Counted from the whole stretch's first letter, positions 52,796-63,839 are shown. The stretch is 63,839 nt of DNA, filler included, from 4 parts of 4 records of this genome joined end to end with filler, not necessarily neighbours in it; one strand, 5' to 3'. Notes: generated from the letters alone by a model not told the origin. A program made the numbers and translations.

Positions 52796-54088
52796 TTGCG
52801 TGTAAATAAAACCTTTACTCTTAAGAACACTTCTCATTTTAAACAACAACTTCTTCAATGGTCTCAAGAGTTTAATGAGGTTGTTTGGTTAGACTCTAAT
52901 CTGCATACTCAAGCATACTCAGAATATGATGCTATTTTAGCTGTAGATGGTTTTACAGTATTAAAAACAGATGCACAAAATGCTTTCGAAGACCTTAAGA
53001 CATATCAATCTACTACTAAAGATTGGCTCTTTGGCTATTTATCTTATGACTTAAAAAATGACACAGAGCTTCTTACCTCTAATAATTTTGATGGCTTAAA
53101 TTTTCCGGATCTTTATTTTTTTCAACCTAAAAAATTATGGTTGTTAAAGGATAATATTTTAGAAGCACACTATCTAGCAATGGTAGATGATGAGATAGAT
53201 GAAGATTTTAATACTATTAATACGCTTCAGCTATTTGAGGAAGTATCATCTAACACATTAAAAATTAAATTAAGAACCTCAAAAGATGATTACTTTAAAA
53301 AGCTAAATAACATTTTAGAGCATATTCATAGAGGAGATATTTATGAAGCTAATTTTTGCCAAGAGTTTTACACGTCTGGACATATAACACCATTAGCAAC
53401 CTATAAACGTTTAAACGCTATTTCAAAACCGCCATTTGCAAGCTTTGTAAGGTTGTTTAATAATTATGCTTTATGTGCGTCTCCAGAGCGATATTTAAAA
53501 AAATCAAAAACTACAGTTGTAAGTCAGCCAATAAAAGGAACTTCTAAACGGTCTAAGGATAAGAATAAGGATAATGCTCTAAAAAAAGCATTAGAAAACG
53601 ATCCCAAAGAGCGTTCTGAAAATATTATGATTGTAGATTTGGTTAGAAATGATCTATCTAAAACTGCAAGTAAAGGATCTGTGACAGTACAAGAACTTTG
53701 CAAAGTCTATACGTTTGAGCAGGTACATCAACTAATTTCTACAGTTACATCTCAAGTAAGTGACAGTTTATCTCCAATTGATGTTTTACAAAGTACATTT
53801 CCTATGGGAAGTATGACAGGAGCACCAAAGGTAAGTGCCATGAAAATTATTGAAGAGTATGAAGACACTAAACGTGGTTTATACAGTGGTTCTATAGGTT
53901 TCATAACTCCTAACGGTGATTTTGATTTTAACGTAGTCATTAGAAGTATACTATACAATGCAGAAAAAGCTTACATTTCTTATTCTGTTGGTGGTGCCAT
54001 TACTGCCAACTCAATACCAGAAAAAGAATATGAAGAATGTCTTATAAAAGCAAAAGCTATGCGAGAAGCCTTACTAAACAACGCATAA
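52796..54088 (+). CDS. pabB: Aminodeoxychorismate synthase component I (chorismate-binding)
   Basis: GDIYEANF, ASPERY, PIKGT, KERSENIMIVDLVRNDL and FPMGSMTGAPK motifs; TTG start. Confidence 0.85.
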   Translation: MRVNKTFTLKNTSHFKQQLLQWSQEFNEVVWLDSNLHTQAYSEYDAILAVDGFTVLKTDAQNAFEDLKTYQSTTKDWLFGYLSYDLKNDTELLTSNNFDGLNFPDLYFFQPKKLWLLKDNILEAHYLAMVDDEIDEDFNTINTLQLFEEVSSNTLKIKLRTSKDDYFKKLNNILEHIHRGDIYEANFCQEFYTSGHITPLATYKRLNAISKPPFASFVRLFNNYALCASPERYLKKSKTTVVSQPIKGTSKRSKDKNKDNALKKALENDPKERSENIMIVDLVRNDLSKTASKGSVTVQELCKVYTFEQVHQLISTVTSQVSDSLSPIDVLQSTFPMGSMTGAPKVSAMKIIEEYEDTKRGLYSGSIGFITPNGDFDFNVVIRSILYNAEKAYISYSVGGAITANSIPEKEYEECLIKAKAMREALLNNA

Positions 54089-54117
54089 ATTGTATTTTTG
54101 CACTTTAATTTTCAAAC

Positions 54118-55428
54118 GTGTTACAAGCCTTTAAATCTCATATAAATACTACGTTTCCCAAACTTAACTCCAATAAATTACTTTTGGCTGTAAGCGGTGG
54201 TTTAGATAGTATGGTGTTATTACATCTCTGTAAAGCTTCAGGTTTAAATATAGCTATCGCACACTGTAATTTTAATTTGCGAGGTAAAGAAAGTGATGCC
54301 GATACACTATTGGTTAAGCAAGTGGCAGACCGATTGCAAATTACTTGTCACGTAGAGCATTTTAATACAGAATCATACGCTGCGGATAATAAGATATCCA
54401 TTCAAATTGCTGCAAGAGAACTACGTTACCATTGGTTTGACGAAGTAATTAAAGAATTTGATTATAATTATGTTTTAACAGCGCATCATTTAAATGATGA
54501 TGTAGAAACATTTATTATTAACCTTACAAGAGGCACTGGTTTAGACGGTCTTTCTGGAATACCAAAGGTTAACAACACTATAATTAGACCCTTACTACCG
54601 TTTTCAAGAGAAGAGATACATAACTACGCTTTAGCTGAAAAAATTATTTGGAGAGAAGATGCTAGCAATGCATCAGATAAATACCTGAGAAACTCGATAA
54701 GACATCATATAATTCCAAAACTTGAAGGTTTAAATCCTGTATTTCTAGACAATTTTAAGCGTACACAACATCATTTACAGCAGTCCTCAAAACTGATAGA
54801 AGATTATACCAATGTGTTATTCAAAACTCTGGTAACACATACAGATAAAGGTTTTTCTATTTCTTTGACTAAGCTTAATGATTTTGAAAACCACGATGCA
54901 ATTCTATACCAACTTTTAAAAGCCTTTAAATTTAAAGATTGGAGTAGTGTATATGCACTTAAAGATGCACAGTCTGGAAAGCAAATCTTTTCTGAAACAC
55001 ATAGGTTAATTAAACACCAAAATGCGTTATTGCTTTCTGTGAATGAAGCATTACATTCAGAAACTGTTACCGTTGAAGCTGAAGCTAAAACGGTGTCATT
55101 TCCATTAGGTACTTTAGAGTTTAATAAGGTTGAAGCCTTAGCTAAACTTAAAAAACATATTGCCTATGTTGATGCAGATGCGTTGCAATATCCGTTAACC
55201 ATTAGGCGTTGGCAAGCAGGAGATAATTTTCAGCCATTTGGTATGAAAGGAAAAAAGAAGCTTAGCGACTTCTTTAAAGACGAAAAGTTATCTTTGCCAC
55301 AAAAGGAAAATTCCTACGTATTAACTAGTAACAATCGTATTGTTTGGGTGATTGGTCACCGTATAGATCACCGCTTCAGAATAACAAAACTAACAAAACA
55401 CATAACTCAAATTGTATGGCATTTTTAA
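54118..55428 (+). CDS. tilS: tRNA(Ile)-lysidine synthetase
   Basis: [11 protein letters not shown]-loop, AARELRY, TAHHLND, IIRPLL and a C-terminal TilS_C domain; TATTTTTG promoter element at 54093-54100. Confidence 0.95.
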   Translation: MLQAFKSHINTTFPKLNSNKLLLAVSGGLDSMVLLHLCKASGLNIAIAHCNFNLRGKESDADTLLVKQVADRLQITCHVEHFNTESYAADNKISIQIAARELRYHWFDEVIKEFDYNYVLTAHHLNDDVETFIINLTRGTGLDGLSGIPKVNNTIIRPLLPFSREEIHNYALAEKIIWREDASNASDKYLRNSIRHHIIPKLEGLNPVFLDNFKRTQHHLQQSSKLIEDYTNVLFKTLVTHTDKGFSISLTKLNDFENHDAILYQLLKAFKFKDWSSVYALKDAQSGKQIFSETHRLIKHQNALLLSVNEALHSETVTVEAEAKTVSFPLGTLEFNKVEALAKLKKHIAYVDADALQYPLTIRRWQAGDNFQPFGMKGKKKLSDFFKDEKLSLPQKENSYVLTSNNRIVWVIGHRIDHRFRITKLTKHITQIVWHF

Positions 55429-57407
55429 AGAACGGCCTTCTATTTTTATTTTTCTTAGTATCTGTGTCTACTCAGGCACAATTTGGAAACACAGAAATTT
55501 TTGAACCTGTAGAGTGGAGTACCTCTATTTCTAAAAAAGGAGATATTTATGAGGTAAGTATAAAAGCTATCATAGATGAAGGTTGGCATTTGTATTCACA
55601 AAACGAGGTAGAAGCTGGCGGACCAATCCCTACTGAATTTAGTTTTCCCAACGCAGACGGAAACTTTGAAGTTCTAGGTTCAACTAAAGAACCTGAAGGA
55701 AAAGAATTATTTGATCCAGTCTTCGAAATGGATATTAAATATTTTGAAGATGAGGTGACATTTACTCAAGATATTAAATTCATCAATTCACCTATTACTG
55801 TTGAGGCTGAGGTGTTTTTTATGGTTTGTGATGACGAGCGTTGCCTTGCGCCACAATCTGTGCCTTTTGTTATAACCTTAGATGGCAGTAAAGCTAATAC
55901 ACCAATAGGCAATGTTTCTCCAGAAGATATCGCCAAGTCTGAAGCATTAGATATAGATGTAAAAGGATTTGAAAACTATGAAGCAGAAGACACAGAAGAA
56001 AGTAGTAACCTTACCATTTTCTTTTTAGGCTTTATAGGTGGTTTAATAGCATTGTTAACACCTTGTGTATTTCCTATGATACCATTAACCGTATCATTCT
56101 TCACAAAAGGTGCAAAAAATAGAAAACAAGGTTTAACTAACGCAATACTTTATGGCTTATTTATTTTTGTCATCTACTTATTGCTAAGTATACCATTTCA
56201 CTTATTAGATTCATTAGATCCAGAGATACTCAACAATATTTCAACCAATGTAACGCTCAACGTTATATTCTTTATCATATTTATAGTGTTTGCACTATCA
56301 TTCTTTGGGTATTTTGAATTAACACTGCCGCAGTCTTGGAGTGCAAAAATGGATGATAAGGCTAATAGTGTTGGTGGTATCATAGGTATTTTCTTTATGG
56401 CCTTAACCTTAGCTATAGTATCATTCTCCTGTACAGGACCAATATTAGGATCTCTCTTAGGCGGTTCTTTAACAAGTGATGGTGGAGCAATGCAACTTAC
56501 ATTTGGAATGGGCGGCTTTGGTTTAGCTTTAGCGTTACCGTTTGCGCTTTTTGCATTATTCCCAAATTGGCTAAACTCATTACCTAAAAGTGGTGGATGG
56601 CTTAATACCGTAAAAGTTGTACTGGGTTTTATTGAGGTGGCATTGGCATTTAAATTCTTGTCTAACGCAGATCTTGTACAACATTGGGGTATCTTAAAAC
56701 GAGAAATATTTATAGGAATCTGGATAATAGTTGCTATTGGTTTAGCATTGTATTTATTTGGTATTATTCGCTTTCCTCACGATGGTCCTAAGAAAAGGCC
56801 TCATAAAACAAGAATAGGATTAGGAATACTTACATTGCTTTTTGCAATGTACTTATTGCCTGGATTAACCAATACGGCATATGCTAATCTTAAACTGTTA
56901 AGTGGTTTTCCACCACCATTGTTTTATAGTATTTATGATAAAGAAACAGAAGGTCCTTTAGGTTTAGAAGCTTTTAAAGATTTTGAAGAAGGCCTTGCTC
57001 AGGCACGCATTATTAACAAACCAATATTGTTAGATTTTACAGGTTGGGCTTGTGTAAACTGTCGAAAGATGGAAGAGCAAGTTTGGAGTATTCCTCAAGT
57101 ATATGATCATATTAAAAATGATTATATCTTAATTTCCTTATATGTTGATGATGATAAAGAATTGGAAGCTTCAGAGCAGTTTAAATACATTAAACCAAAT
57201 GGAAGCTTAAAGACAATTAAAACTATCGGAAATAAATGGGCTACCTTTCAAACACTTAACTTCAAAAACAACTCACAACCTTACTATGTGTTGTTAGATG
57301 GTGATTTAAATTTACTTAATAAACCAGTAGGATATACACCAAATGGGACAGAATTTGAAGCTTGGTTGGCAGAAGGACTTAAAACCTTTAATGAGAATTC
57401 TAAATAA
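55416..57407 (+). CDS. dsbD: DsbD-family protein-disulfide reductase
   Basis: N-domain GWHLYS and CDDERC; transmembrane domain TPCVFPMIP and SFSCTGP; thioredoxin [13 protein letters not shown] at 55416 overlaps the tilS end. Confidence 0.9.
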   Translation: MAFLKNGLLFLFFLVSVSTQAQFGNTEIFEPVEWSTSISKKGDIYEVSIKAIIDEGWHLYSQNEVEAGGPIPTEFSFPNADGNFEVLGSTKEPEGKELFDPVFEMDIKYFEDEVTFTQDIKFINSPITVEAEVFFMVCDDERCLAPQSVPFVITLDGSKANTPIGNVSPEDIAKSEALDIDVKGFENYEAEDTEESSNLTIFFLGFIGGLIALLTPCVFPMIPLTVSFFTKGAKNRKQGLTNAILYGLFIFVIYLLLSIPFHLLDSLDPEILNNISTNVTLNVIFFIIFIVFALSFFGYFELTLPQSWSAKMDDKANSVGGIIGIFFMALTLAIVSFSCTGPILGSLLGGSLTSDGGAMQLTFGMGGFGLALALPFALFALFPNWLNSLPKSGGWLNTVKVVLGFIEVALAFKFLSNADLVQHWGILKREIFIGIWIIVAIGLALYLFGIIRFPHDGPKKRPHKTRIGLGILTLLFAMYLLPGLTNTAYANLKLLSGFPPPLFYSIYDKETEGPLGLEAFKDFEEGLAQARIINKPILLDFTGWACVNCRKMEEQVWSIPQVYDHIKNDYILISLYVDDDKELEASEQFKYIKPNGSLKTIKTIGNKWATFQTLNFKNNSQPYYVLLDGDLNLLNKPVGYTPNGTEFEAWLAEGLKTFNENSK

Positions 57408-57443
57408 TTTAGTTGAAGCTTAATAGTTAAAAAAGAAGTGTTT

Positions 57444-57566
57444 ATGACTGATAAAAAGAACCCTAATAAAGATCACGACAAACAACGTGATATGGATGAA
57501 AAGCGTAAGAACTTAGATCATCAAGATAAGCAAGAACAAAAAGACCGTGAGCAAAAGAAAAAGTAA
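57444..57566 (+). CDS. Putative 40-aa highly charged microprotein
   Basis: MTDKKNPNKDHDKQRDMDEKRKNLDHQDKQEQKDREQKKK; fills the gap between dsbD and the terminator. Confidence 0.55.
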   Translation: MTDKKNPNKDHDKQRDMDEKRKNLDHQDKQEQKDREQKKK

Positions 57567-57580
57567 TTGGTCTTAGATAT

Positions 57581-57619
57581 AAAAAAAAAGCCTTTCAGAA
57601 TTTCTCTGAAAGGCTTTTT
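57581..57619. terminator. Bidirectional intrinsic terminator
   Basis: AAAAAGCCTTTCAGA-ATTTC-TCTGAAAGGCTTTTT between convergent genes. Confidence 0.9.
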
Positions 57620-57638
57620 AAATTTAATTGATACAATC

Positions 57639-58430
57639 TTATAGATCTTCAACCAGATCACTTTGGTTTCTAAATACTAGTTCATCATCAAACGCATCTA
57701 TAAGAATAATACTATCTGTAGTTACCTTTCCAGATAAGATTTGTTTAGACAACTCGTTGAGCACCTCTTTTTGAATTGTACGCTTAACTGGTCTTGCACC
57801 AAATTGAGGATCAAATCCTTGTTTTGCTAAAAGGCTTATTGCTTCTTCTGTAGCATCTAGCGTAATATTCTGTTTACCTAGCATTTTTGTAACCTGTCGC
57901 AACTGCAAGCTTACAATCTCTTTAATGTTATCCTGATTTAAAGGCGTAAACATTACGATATCGTCTATACGGTTAATAAACTCTGGTCTTACGGTTTGTT
58001 TAAGTAAACCTAAAACTTCAGTTCTTGCAGCTTCAATAGCAGTAGGAATATCTTTAACCGCATTAAACTTCTCTTCAATAATACCACTTCCCATATTACT
58101 TGTCATAATGATAATGGTGTTTTTAAAGTCTGCAATTCGACCTTTATTATCTGTAAGCCTACCTTCATCTAAAACCTGTAATAAGATATTAAAAGTATCT
58201 GGGTGCGCTTTTTCAATTTCATCTAACAGGACAACAGAGTACGGCTTACGTCTTACAGCTTCTGTAAGCTGTCCACCTTCGTCATAACCCACATATCCTG
58301 GAGGCGCACCAACAAGTCTACTTACTGCGTGACGTTCTTGGTACTCACTCATATCTATACGTGTCATCGCGCTTTCATCATCAAAAAGGTATTCGGCTAG
58401 AGCTTTAGCAAGCTCAGTTTTACCAACACC
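57639..58430 (-). CDS. clpB: ClpB chaperone, C-terminal part (5'-truncated)
   Basis: [12 protein letters not shown] at the contig edge, [31 protein letters not shown] and FGARPVKR. Confidence 0.92.
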   Translation of the reverse strand, partial: GVGKTELAKALAEYLFDDESAMTRIDMSEYQERHAVSRLVGAPPGYVGYDEGGQLTEAVRRKPYSVVLLDEIEKAHPDTFNILLQVLDEGRLTDNKGRIADFKNTIIIMTSNMGSGIIEEKFNAVKDIPTAIEAARTEVLGLLKQTVRPEFINRIDDIVMFTPLNQDNIKEIVSLQLRQVTKMLGKQNITLDATEEAISLLAKQGFDPQFGARPVKRTIQKEVLNELSKQILSGKVTTDSIILIDAFDDELVFRNQSDLVEDL

Positions 58431-58530
58431 NNNNNNNNNNNNNNNNNNNNNNNNNNNNNNNNNNNNNNNNNNNNTTAATTAATTAANNNNNNNNNNNNNN
58501 NNNNNNNNNNNNNNNNNNNNNNNNNNNNNN
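58431..58530. other. Artificial contig spacer 3
   Basis: N run + TTAATTAATTAA + N run, 100 bp. Confidence 0.98.
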
Positions 58531-59409
58531 GATCTCCAGAATGAACGCGCCGCAGATCGTGCCCCAGATGCGGCCGACGCCGCCCCGAAGCGCGGTGCCG
58601 CCGACGACCACGGCCGTGATCGCCTGCAGTTCCCACAATATGCCGGTGGTCGCCGATGTCGAGCCGAGGCGCGGCACGTAGAACAGCACGGCGACGGCGA
58701 CGCAGAGCCCCTGGATCAGATAGGTGATGATCCGGACATTGCGCACCGAAATGCCGGAATAGCGCGCCACTTCCTCGTTCGACCCGACGGCGGTGACATG
58801 GCGGCCGAAGCGGGTGCGGTAGAGCACGAACGCGCCGATCAACGCGGTCACGATGATCGCGATCACGGGAACCGGGATGCCGAACACGGTGCCGAAATAG
58901 GCCGGGCGATAGGCCGACTGGACGTCGAAATCCTTCAGCGTGATCGCGCCGCCCTGCGACAGCCACGTGGTCAGCCCCCGGAATATCCCCATCGTGCCGA
59001 GCGTGACGATGAAGGGTTCTATCCGCCCGACCGTGGTGATCACTCCGTTCAAAAGCCCGCAGGCCATGCCGATCAGGATCGCAAGCACCATCGCGGCCGC
59101 GATCAGCAGATACGGGTTCGAAATCGCCGCCGCGTTGATGAACATGATCATCAGACTGGCGACGAAGGCGACCATCGCGCCCACCGAAAGGTCAAGCCCG
59201 CCGGCCGAGATCACGAAGGTCGCGCCGACGGCGATGATGGCGATGAAGGCCGACCGGGTCGCGACGTTCATCAAATTGGTGACCGTCAGGAAATTCGGGT
59301 TCGAGAAGGTTCCGAGCACCAGCAGCAGCGCCAGCGCCAGGAACGGTGCCATCACCCGGAGGTCGAGCCTGCCCATCAGGCCTGCTTTGGTATGCTGTTC
59401 GCCACTCAT
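58531..59409 (-). CDS. Monosaccharide ABC transporter permease (RbsC-like), 3'-truncated
   Basis: GGLDLSVG, PFIVTLG, TRFGRHVTAVGSNEEVARYSGI and ELQAITAVVVGG motifs; ATG at 59409 overlaps the ATPase stop. Confidence 0.92.
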
Positions 59410-60929
59410 GATGCCATGTCCTCGCTGGAGACGCCGGTTGCCAGCACCACGATCTCGTTCTCGTTCATGTGTTCTCCCGTAACCTCGCCCGCGATTTCGC
59501 CCGACCGCATCACCACGATCCGGTCGCAAAGGCCGATGAGTTCCGGCATTTCCGAGGAGACCACGATGATCGAGTGCCCCTTGCGGGCGAGTTCTGCGAT
59601 GAATTTGTAGATCTGTTCCTTGTTGCCGATGTCGATGCCGCGCGTCGGCTCATCGATGATCACGATCTCGGGCTCGAGCAGCATCATCTTGGCAAGCAGC
59701 AGCTTCTGCTGGTTGCCGCCGGAGAGTTCGCCGGCGGCGAGCTCCTTCGAGCCGGTGCGGATGTCGAATTCGCGGATCGCATCGTCAAGCGCCTTGTCCT
59801 CGGCCTTGCGGTCCACCTGAAGGTTGCGGGTGAAGCGGCTGAGTGCCGAAAGCGTCAGATTGGTGCGAAGGTCCTTGGTCAGCAGCAGGCCCTTGCCCTT
59901 GCGGTCCTCGGAAAGGTAGACGATGCCGGCCTGAAGCGCTGCGATCGGCGCGCTGAAATTGACCTTCTGGCCGTTCAGGCGCACCGCGCCCTTGCCCGGC
60001 CTGAGCCCCAGCAGACCTTCCATCAGTTCGGTGCGGCCGGCGCCGATCAGCCCGGCAAAACCGAGGATCTCGCCCTTCTTCAGGTTGAAGGAACAGCGTT
60101 CCGCATAACCCGGCACGGAAAAATCCGCGACCTCCAGCACGGGCGCGCCGCCGGCGTCATGGGCGCGGTCGGGATAAAGCTTGGAGACATCGCGGCCGAC
60201 CATCAGCCGCGCCATGTCGGCGGGCTGCAGCATGGCGGCATCGCGGCTGGCAATCAGGTGGCCGTCGCGCAACACGGTCACGGTGTCGGCGATCGCCTTC
60301 ACCTCGTTGAGGCGGTGGGAGATGAACAGCACGGCGACGCCGCGATCGCGGATATCGCGGATGACCTTCAGCAGCGCCTCGGTCTCGAACGGCGTCAGCG
60401 AGGCGGTCGGCTCGTCGAAGATCACCACACGGTGCGGGGTGAGCAGCACGCGGGCGATCTGGACAAGCTGGCGCTTGGCGATCGACAGCCTCGAGACGAG
60501 GGTATCGGGGGCGATTTCGGTGCCGAGTTCCAGCAGCGCCTTGTGGGCTTCAGCGTTCATCACGCGGTCGTTGACGGCAAGACCGCGCCGAACTTCGCGG
60601 CCAAGGAAGATGTTCTGCGCCACCGTGAGATCGGGCGCGAGCAGGATTTCCTGATGCACCAGCACGATGCCAGCGGCTTCCGCTTCCACCGGGGATTGGA
60701 AGGCGACCGGCGCGCCGTCGACCTTCACAGAACCGGCAGACGGCTTCAGATTGCCGGCCAGAAGCCGCATCAGGGTGGACTTGCCGGCGCCATTTTCCCC
60801 GATGACAGCGTGAATCTCGCCGGCGCGAACGGAAACATCGATGCCGTGCAGCACCTCGATCGGGCCGAAGGATTTTTTAAGGCCCTCGGTTTGCAGTATC
60901 GGGGCGCTCCCGCCCGCTTCCTGTATCAT
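59406..60929 (-). CDS. Monosaccharide ABC transporter ATP-binding protein (RbsA-like)
   Basis: GENGAGKST, DEPT, EDRKGKGL and LSGGNQQK motifs; GGAGGAG RBS upstream of the ATG at 60929. Confidence 0.94.
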   Translation of the reverse strand: MIQEAGGSAPILQTEGLKKSFGPIEVLHGIDVSVRAGEIHAVIGENGAGKSTLMRLLAGNLKPSAGSVKVDGAPVAFQSPVEAEAAGIVLVHQEILLAPDLTVAQNIFLGREVRRGLAVNDRVMNAEAHKALLELGTEIAPDTLVSRLSIAKRQLVQIARVLLTPHRVVIFDEPTASLTPFETEALLKVIRDIRDRGVAVLFISHRLNEVKAIADTVTVLRDGHLIASRDAAMLQPADMARLMVGRDVSKLYPDRAHDAGGAPVLEVADFSVPGYAERCSFNLKKGEILGFAGLIGAGRTELMEGLLGLRPGKGAVRLNGQKVNFSAPIAALQAGIVYLSEDRKGKGLLLTKDLRTNLTLSALSRFTRNLQVDRKAEDKALDDAIREFDIRTGSKELAAGELSGGNQQKLLLAKMMLLEPEIVIIDEPTRGIDIGNKEQIYKFIAELARKGHSIIVVSSEMPELIGLCDRIVVMRSGEIAGEVTGEHMNENEIVVLATGVSSEDMAS

Positions 60930-61148
60930 GCTCCTCCCCAGGCGCTGTTGCCGAAGCGCTCTTACCCTTCCGGCGGTTCCGCCGGGGGCTCCCTCGCGCC
61001 GCACTCCCGGGCGGCGTCTGACGGGCGTTGCATCGCCGCTGCGACGAAATCCTGCCCGTTCAACCGAGAGCCTAGCGGGAATGATGATGTACGTAAAGCA
61101 TTTTCCCGCTCTCAATCCCCTCGCGATCCGCTCCCGGAGCGTGGCGGT

Positions 61149-62336
61149 TCAGTCGTGTTCGAAAGCCTTGTCCCTGTCCTTAGCGGGGGCGGGGACGGGG
61201 GCGGCATCGGAAGGTTTTTCGGCGGCGGCGATGTTTGCCTCCAGCACCCATTCGCGCCAGATCGCGACGATCAGCGCCATCAGCACCGGGCCGACGAACA
61301 GGCCGATCAGCCCCATGGTCTTGACCCCGCCGACAAGACCGAAAAACGTCGGCAGGAAGGGCAGCTTGATCGGCCCGCCGACGAGGCGCGGCCGGAGCGT
61401 CTTGTCGACAATGAAAAGCTCGATCGTGCCCCAGGCCATCAGCGCGAAACCGTGGATCGGCGTACCGCGCGCGACCAGATAGGCCGAAATCAGCGTGAAG
61501 GTCAGCGGCGCGCCGCCCGGCACCATCGCCATAACCGCCGTCAACAGGCCGAAGGAGACGAAATTCGGCACCCCGGCAAGGTAATAGGCGATGCCGAGCA
61601 CGATGCCCTCGCCCATGGCGATCAGGGTCATGCCGGTCACGGTGGAGGAGATCGTCGCCGGCACCACGCGCGAGATCCGGTACCAGCGGTCGGGAAACAG
61701 CCGCTCGCCGATCATGTCGAGCTGGGCGGCGAACTTGTCGCCGTCCTTGTAGAGGAAGAACAGCGCGATCAGCATGAACAGCGCCGCAAGCGTCAACCCG
61801 AACAACCGGCCGCCGACAAACAGCGCGGTGCGATAGATGCTGCCGATATTCTCACCGCTGACCGCCTGGATCAATTGACCGATATCGCCGGGCTGACCGA
61901 GATAATCCCGCCATTTCCCCGACACCCAGTCGCCGATGACCGGCAGGTTGTGGATCCAGTCCGGCACCGGCGCGCCGATCCGGTTGGCCTCCGCCGCCCA
62001 TGTGATCCAGGCTTCGAGTTCGTGCGACATGTAGATCACCGCAAACACGATCGGCAGGACCAGAAACAGCAGGATCAGGAAGATTGCGATCGCTGCGGAA
62101 ACCTTGCGCCGCCCGCCGAGCCTGCGGTTGAGGTCGCGATAGACCGGTTGCGAGGCAAAGGCGATGATCAGGGCCGCCAGCACCGGCACCAGAAAGCCGT
62201 GAAAGAAATAGACCGCGGCAAGCGCCACGCCGAGCAGCAGCCAGCGCGCTGCGGTGACGGACGGGATCAATGGCGCGCGGGCGGACGCTGCCGTGCCCAT
62301 CCAGCTTTGCGTCCTTTGATGCGGTTTCTGGTCCAT
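61149..62336 (-). CDS. AI-2E family transporter
   Basis: Hydrophobic protein with FFLYKDG, DKTLRPRLVG and GLIGLFVGP motifs; start uncertain (62336 or 62354). Confidence 0.88.
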   Translation of the reverse strand: MDQKPHQRTQSWMGTAASARAPLIPSVTAARWLLLGVALAAVYFFHGFLVPVLAALIIAFASQPVYRDLNRRLGGRRKVSAAIAIFLILLFLVLPIVFAVIYMSHELEAWITWAAEANRIGAPVPDWIHNLPVIGDWVSGKWRDYLGQPGDIGQLIQAVSGENIGSIYRTALFVGGRLFGLTLAALFMLIALFFLYKDGDKFAAQLDMIGERLFPDRWYRISRVVPATISSTVTGMTLIAMGEGIVLGIAYYLAGVPNFVSFGLLTAVMAMVPGGAPLTFTLISAYLVARGTPIHGFALMAWGTIELFIVDKTLRPRLVGGPIKLPFLPTFFGLVGGVKTMGLIGLFVGPVLMALIVAIWREWVLEANIAAAEKPSDAAPVPAPAKDRDKAFEHD

Positions 62337-62396
62337 CGCCTGTTTCTTTCCCATCGGGCCGCTCGGCACTATTTATGCTGTCCCCAATATCGCCTT

Positions 62397-62960
62397 TCAA
62401 GGTCGATAGCCAGCAAAAGCCCCGTAGTCGCCGGCATCGGTAAACCCCGCGCAGGCCAGAACCTCCCTGGCCTCCAGCGCGGTCGGACGAAATCTGTCGG
62501 GATCGGCGCGGCGCGGGGCGGCGGCGAGCCGGGCGACATAATCCTCCGGCAGGCCGTGCTGGCGCGCGCCCGCCATCACCAGGGCGTGATACCAGTCGAA
62601 GGGTATCAGCGCCGGATCGCAGAAAGCGGGCGGGGCCTTGTAGGTGCAGGCCGAAACCGGCGCGCCATCATTGACGAGGCGCAACTCGCAGTCATCGATC
62701 CGGTCATAGCCCTTGCCTCTGCCCTCGAAGGTATCGAGCAGGCCGAGTTCGCGCGGATCGAGCGTGAAGACCACGCCGAATACCCGGCTTGCTGCCCGTT
62801 CGACGATGGTCGCCTTGCCGGATCCCTCGCGGCCGATCTTGGAAAAGGCAAGCCCATGGCCCTCAAGCACGGCCGGGCCGACCGGCCTTGCCGACGGGCA
62901 GCGGCGCACCAGCCGCTCGGTCAGCATGTTGGAGCCAAAGGCGAAGTAGGTGAGTGCCAT
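62397..62960 (-). CDS. Gamma-glutamylcyclotransferase family protein
   Basis: YFAFGSNM, LDTFEG and GARQHGLPEDY motifs; ATG overlaps the upstream TGA. Confidence 0.88.
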   Translation of the reverse strand: MALTYFAFGSNMLTERLVRRCPSARPVGPAVLEGHGLAFSKIGREGSGKATIVERAASRVFGVVFTLDPRELGLLDTFEGRGKGYDRIDDCELRLVNDGAPVSACTYKAPPAFCDPALIPFDWYHALVMAGARQHGLPEDYVARLAAAPRRADPDRFRPTALEAREVLACAGFTDAGDYGAFAGYRP

Positions 62961-63839
62961 CAGCCTTCCAGTTCCTCGCGCAGCATTTCGAGCTCCAGCC
63001 ATGCCTCTTCCTTGGCGGCCAGCGTCTCGCGCTCGCGCTCAAGCACTTTCGCGGCCTTGGAGAAACCATCCGGATCGCGGGCGAAGAATTGCGGATCGGC
63101 CATGCGCTCTTCGAGCTTTGCGATGTCGGCCTCGATCTTCGCCATTTCCTTCGGCAGGTTTTCGAGCGCGAATTTCTGCTTGTAGGACAGTTTTCCTTTC
63201 GCCTTTGCCGGTTCTTCCGCCGCCTTTTGCCGGGCGGCCTGCTTTTCCCTCTTTTCCGCCGCCTTGGCCTCGGCGGCCGCGCCCTTGCGCTGCGCCATCA
63301 TGTCGGAATAGCCGCCGGCATATTCCAGCCACGCGCCATCGGGCAAAAGCGGATTGGCCGGCGCGATCGTCGAGGTCACGGTGCGGTCGAGAAAATCACG
63401 GTCGTGCGAAACCAGGATGACGCTGCCGGCAAATCCCGCGACGATCTCCTGCAGGAGATCGAGCGTCTCGATGTCGAGGTCGTTGGTCGGCTCGTCGAGG
63501 ACCAGCAGGTTGGAAGGCCGCGCCAGTATGCGCGCCAGCATCAGCCGCGCGCGCTCCCCGCCGGAAAGCTTGCGAATCGGCGTTCGCGCCTGTTCGGGCT
63601 GGAACAGGAAGTCCTTCATATAGCCGGTGACGTGGCGCTGCTCGCCATTGACCAGCAGCGTGTCGCCGCGCCCGTCGGTGAGATAATGGGCGAGCGTGTC
63701 TTCCGGATCGAGTTCCTCGCGCTTCTGGTCGATGACGGCGATCTCGAGATTGACGCCGAGGCGCACCCAGCCGCTGTCGGGCGCAAGCTCGCCGGTCAGC
63801 ATCTTCAGGAGCGTGGTCTTGCCCGCCCCGTTCGGGCCG
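62960..63839 (-). CDS. uup: ABC-F family ATPase (Uup-like), 5'-truncated
   Basis: GPNGAGKTTL, LSGGERARL, DEPTNDLD, VSHDRDFLD and the C-terminal coiled coil KLSYKQKFALE...WLELE. Confidence 0.82.
   Translation of the reverse strand, partial: GPNGAGKTTLLKMLTGELAPDSGWVRLGVNLEIAVIDQKREELDPEDTLAHYLTDGRGDTLLVNGEQRHVTGYMKDFLFQPEQARTPIRKLSGGERARLMLARILARPSNLLVLDEPTNDLDIETLDLLQEIVAGFAGSVILVSHDRDFLDRTVTSTIAPANPLLPDGAWLEYAGGYSDMMAQRKGAAAEAKAAEKREKQAARQKAAEEPAKAKGKLSYKQKFALENLPKEMAKIEADIAKLEERMADPQFFARDPDGFSKAAKVLERERETLAAKEEAWLELEMLREELEG

Noticed and set aside
27885-58530. Apparent bacterial-eukaryote chimera or horizontal transfer across the segment junctions
   Set aside because: All three junctions are the same 100-bp N/TTAATTAATTAA linker, so adjacency is artificial and gene neighbourhoods cannot be read across them.
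59469-63185. 1238-aa plus-strand ORF
   Set aside because: Antisense shadow of well-supported minus-strand genes in high-GC DNA; no recognisable motifs.

Overview
This window is not one locus. It is four unrelated contigs joined by identical 100-bp N/TTAATTAATTAA/N spacers. (1) 1-27884: a GC-rich bacterial contig, probably Verrucomicrobiota/Opitutales (inferred from the TonB receptor style). It holds a large sugar/oligosaccharide catabolic locus: TonB receptor, two lyase-like proteins, sulfatase fusion, esterase, two metallophosphoesterases, an enolase-superfamily enzyme, several oxidoreductases, an ABC importer and an MFS transporter. Two small cassettes sit within it: a hicBA toxin-antitoxin pair, and a GxxExxY PD-(D/E)xK nuclease gene bracketed by 26-bp inverted repeats built from 9-bp subunits. 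GTAG-type REPs and a tandem GTAACC-N4-GGTTAC operator are also present. (2) 27985-46132: a compact, short-intron eukaryotic contig, likely a flagellated protist, with an uncharacterised EF-hand-like gene, WDR78/DNAI4, an unusual NRPS-like TE-A-T-R gene, and FGAM synthase (PFAS) whose predicted last exon adds a CaaX prenylation box. (3) 46233-58430: an AT-rich Flavobacteriaceae-like housekeeping contig (fumC, ychF, DEAD-box helicase, pabB, tilS, dsbD, clpB) plus a 40-aa hydrophilic microprotein missed by the ORF track. (4) 58531-63839: a GC-rich alphaproteobacterial-like contig (sugar ABC genes, AI-2E transporter, gamma-glutamylcyclotransferase, ABC-F/Uup). The best candidates for undescribed biology are the inverted-repeat-bounded GxxExxY element, the TE-A-T-R reductase and the CaaX-tailed PFAS. 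All calls come from motif recognition by eye; no database searches were run.
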